A stretch of DNA of 40,936 nt, taken from the NCBI GenBank assembly GCA_043228905.1, contig JBHGNT010000276.1, positions 1-40,936 of the forward strand, written 5' to 3'. Of the stretch, positions 39,546 to 40,936 are shown in pieces. Every line of letters begins with the position of its first letter. The first letter of the stretch is position 1. Origin of the DNA: Azolla caroliniana (taxonomy: Eukaryota; Plantae; Polypodiophyta). Under the pieces are notes generated by a model. The model was not told the DNA's origin and did no database searches. It was given only the letters and a program-made list of their open reading frames with translations. Both the position numbers and the translations under genes were made by a program.

Positions 39546-40936
39546 TTTTCACACTACTAGTGCCCACTTGACCCACCAAAACAAACAGAATCAAACACTA
39601 CTTACTGCTCATATAGATTATCACCATCATTATTAGTTCACCATTTTGTGTATCTTATAGACACACACATCCTCTCTGTATGTATCAATTCATGTCCGTA
39701 ACCACGTATCATCCCGTCGGCTATTATTATGTGAGAGCCACATTAGTGATGTTACAGACTACTCTCGGCTCCGCTGATTCGAACTGATTTGTTGCGAAGG
39801 AGAGGTGGCCCCGGGAATGCTCAATAAACATTCGTTTGGTTTTGTCGCAGGCTCAGATTCCCTCGATCCCGATTGATTGTATCTGCACGCAAAACATGAT
39901 GGGTATGGGCTATGAGTCAGTAATCACGTTGAACATCGTTAGAGAACTCATATAGTGGACTGTGTCTTGGTGTGAAGACCGACTGAACAAACAATAAATA
40001 TATACCACACCACAACATGGTAGTTCAAAATTTATTGCTCTTGATTATCATCTCGTCCTTTAGAGCGAGTGCCGTCGGATTTGTTCTATCTATCCCCAAT
40101 TTGAAAAACAGTACATCAACTACATGTATACGGAGTCATGGATGCATAAGTGCTTCATCGAAAAATTTCTTGTAGTTTAGTACTATGGCATGTCACAATG
40201 CCAATATCATATCTCGTGTCCAATTCAAATTGCCATTTGATCCAAAATATATATATAATGTAGTGCAAAATCCCAAGAGGTTAGTTAAAATAGTTCTAAT
40301 AGTGTGCCATTTAAGAAAAAGTGTTCATACAGTCAGTTCAATTTTCCATTCAAACAAAAATAACCCCATAAAGTGGATGCTTTAGTGTTTGCTTGAAAAA
40401 GTTAACGTGGTCCATTGGGCTTAATTAATTATGTGATGTTTTGTGGTATAAACTTATGTCATCAATTGATTTGTGCCCCACATCATCGATTGATGTATTT
40501 CTCTGAAATCAATGTAAGCATGGCATCAACATGTTATATAATTTGCCTGTCAAAAAATATTCGTGATAGATTAGTTCGCATGTAGTGACTAATTAGTTCA
40601 TGTCATATGAATGTGGATGTGTGTTTGAGCATGCACTATAAACATAGCCTTAACTCTCTGTCAACTCTGGTTGTTGGTTATATTTTGTGTGGAGCGCACA
40701 ACCCCCTGTGGACATGAAACCCATCAAGAGGCAAAAGTGTCATTCTAGTATTGTTGGTAATACAATACTTAAATTTCAATAGATGTATCTTTCTTGTCAT
40801 TAAATTTGAATATAATGGCATGTGGTTGTAGAGTAAACATGGAAACTATGAATGTTTTGAATAGAAATTATGGCCTATTGATATAGTTTATGTTTTATAA
40901 CCTCTACGTTTATGCCCTATTACATCAATCACGAAT

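Noticed and set aside
39700-40936. Possible divergent gene or ncRNA upstream of SnRK1
   Set aside because: A GC-richer patch and one acceptor-like tgtcgcag are present, but no recognisable ORF, RNA fold or motif.

Overview
Eukaryotic, intron-rich land-plant nuclear DNA. A fern or other non-seed lineage is my inference from protein divergence and repeat style, not something shown. Five protein-coding loci were reconstructed by hand from GT-AG junctions: (1) a GT31 hydroxyproline O-galactosyltransferase (HPGT-like, +, first exon upstream of the window); (2) a two-exon PMI1/PMIR NT-C2 protein (+, about 1199 aa); (3) delta14-sterol reductase FACKEL/ERG24 (+, 13 exons, about 379 aa); (4) a plastid-type membrane protein resembling Arabidopsis At2g04360 (-), with exons 2-6 intact but exon 1 interrupted; (5) a SnRK1 alpha kinase (-, 10 coding exons, about 512 aa). 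Intergenic and intronic DNA holds a degraded LINE, a MITE, a long inverted-repeat element, microsatellites and local tandem duplications. I found no convincing new multi-gene system. The most interesting items are regulatory or structural: the broken exon 1 on an otherwise intact gene, a duplicated splice acceptor leading to an immediate stop in HPGT, four repeated ATG-ATC-TGA units plus two uORFs in the inferred SnRK1 leader, and a fold-back element next to the FK promoter.
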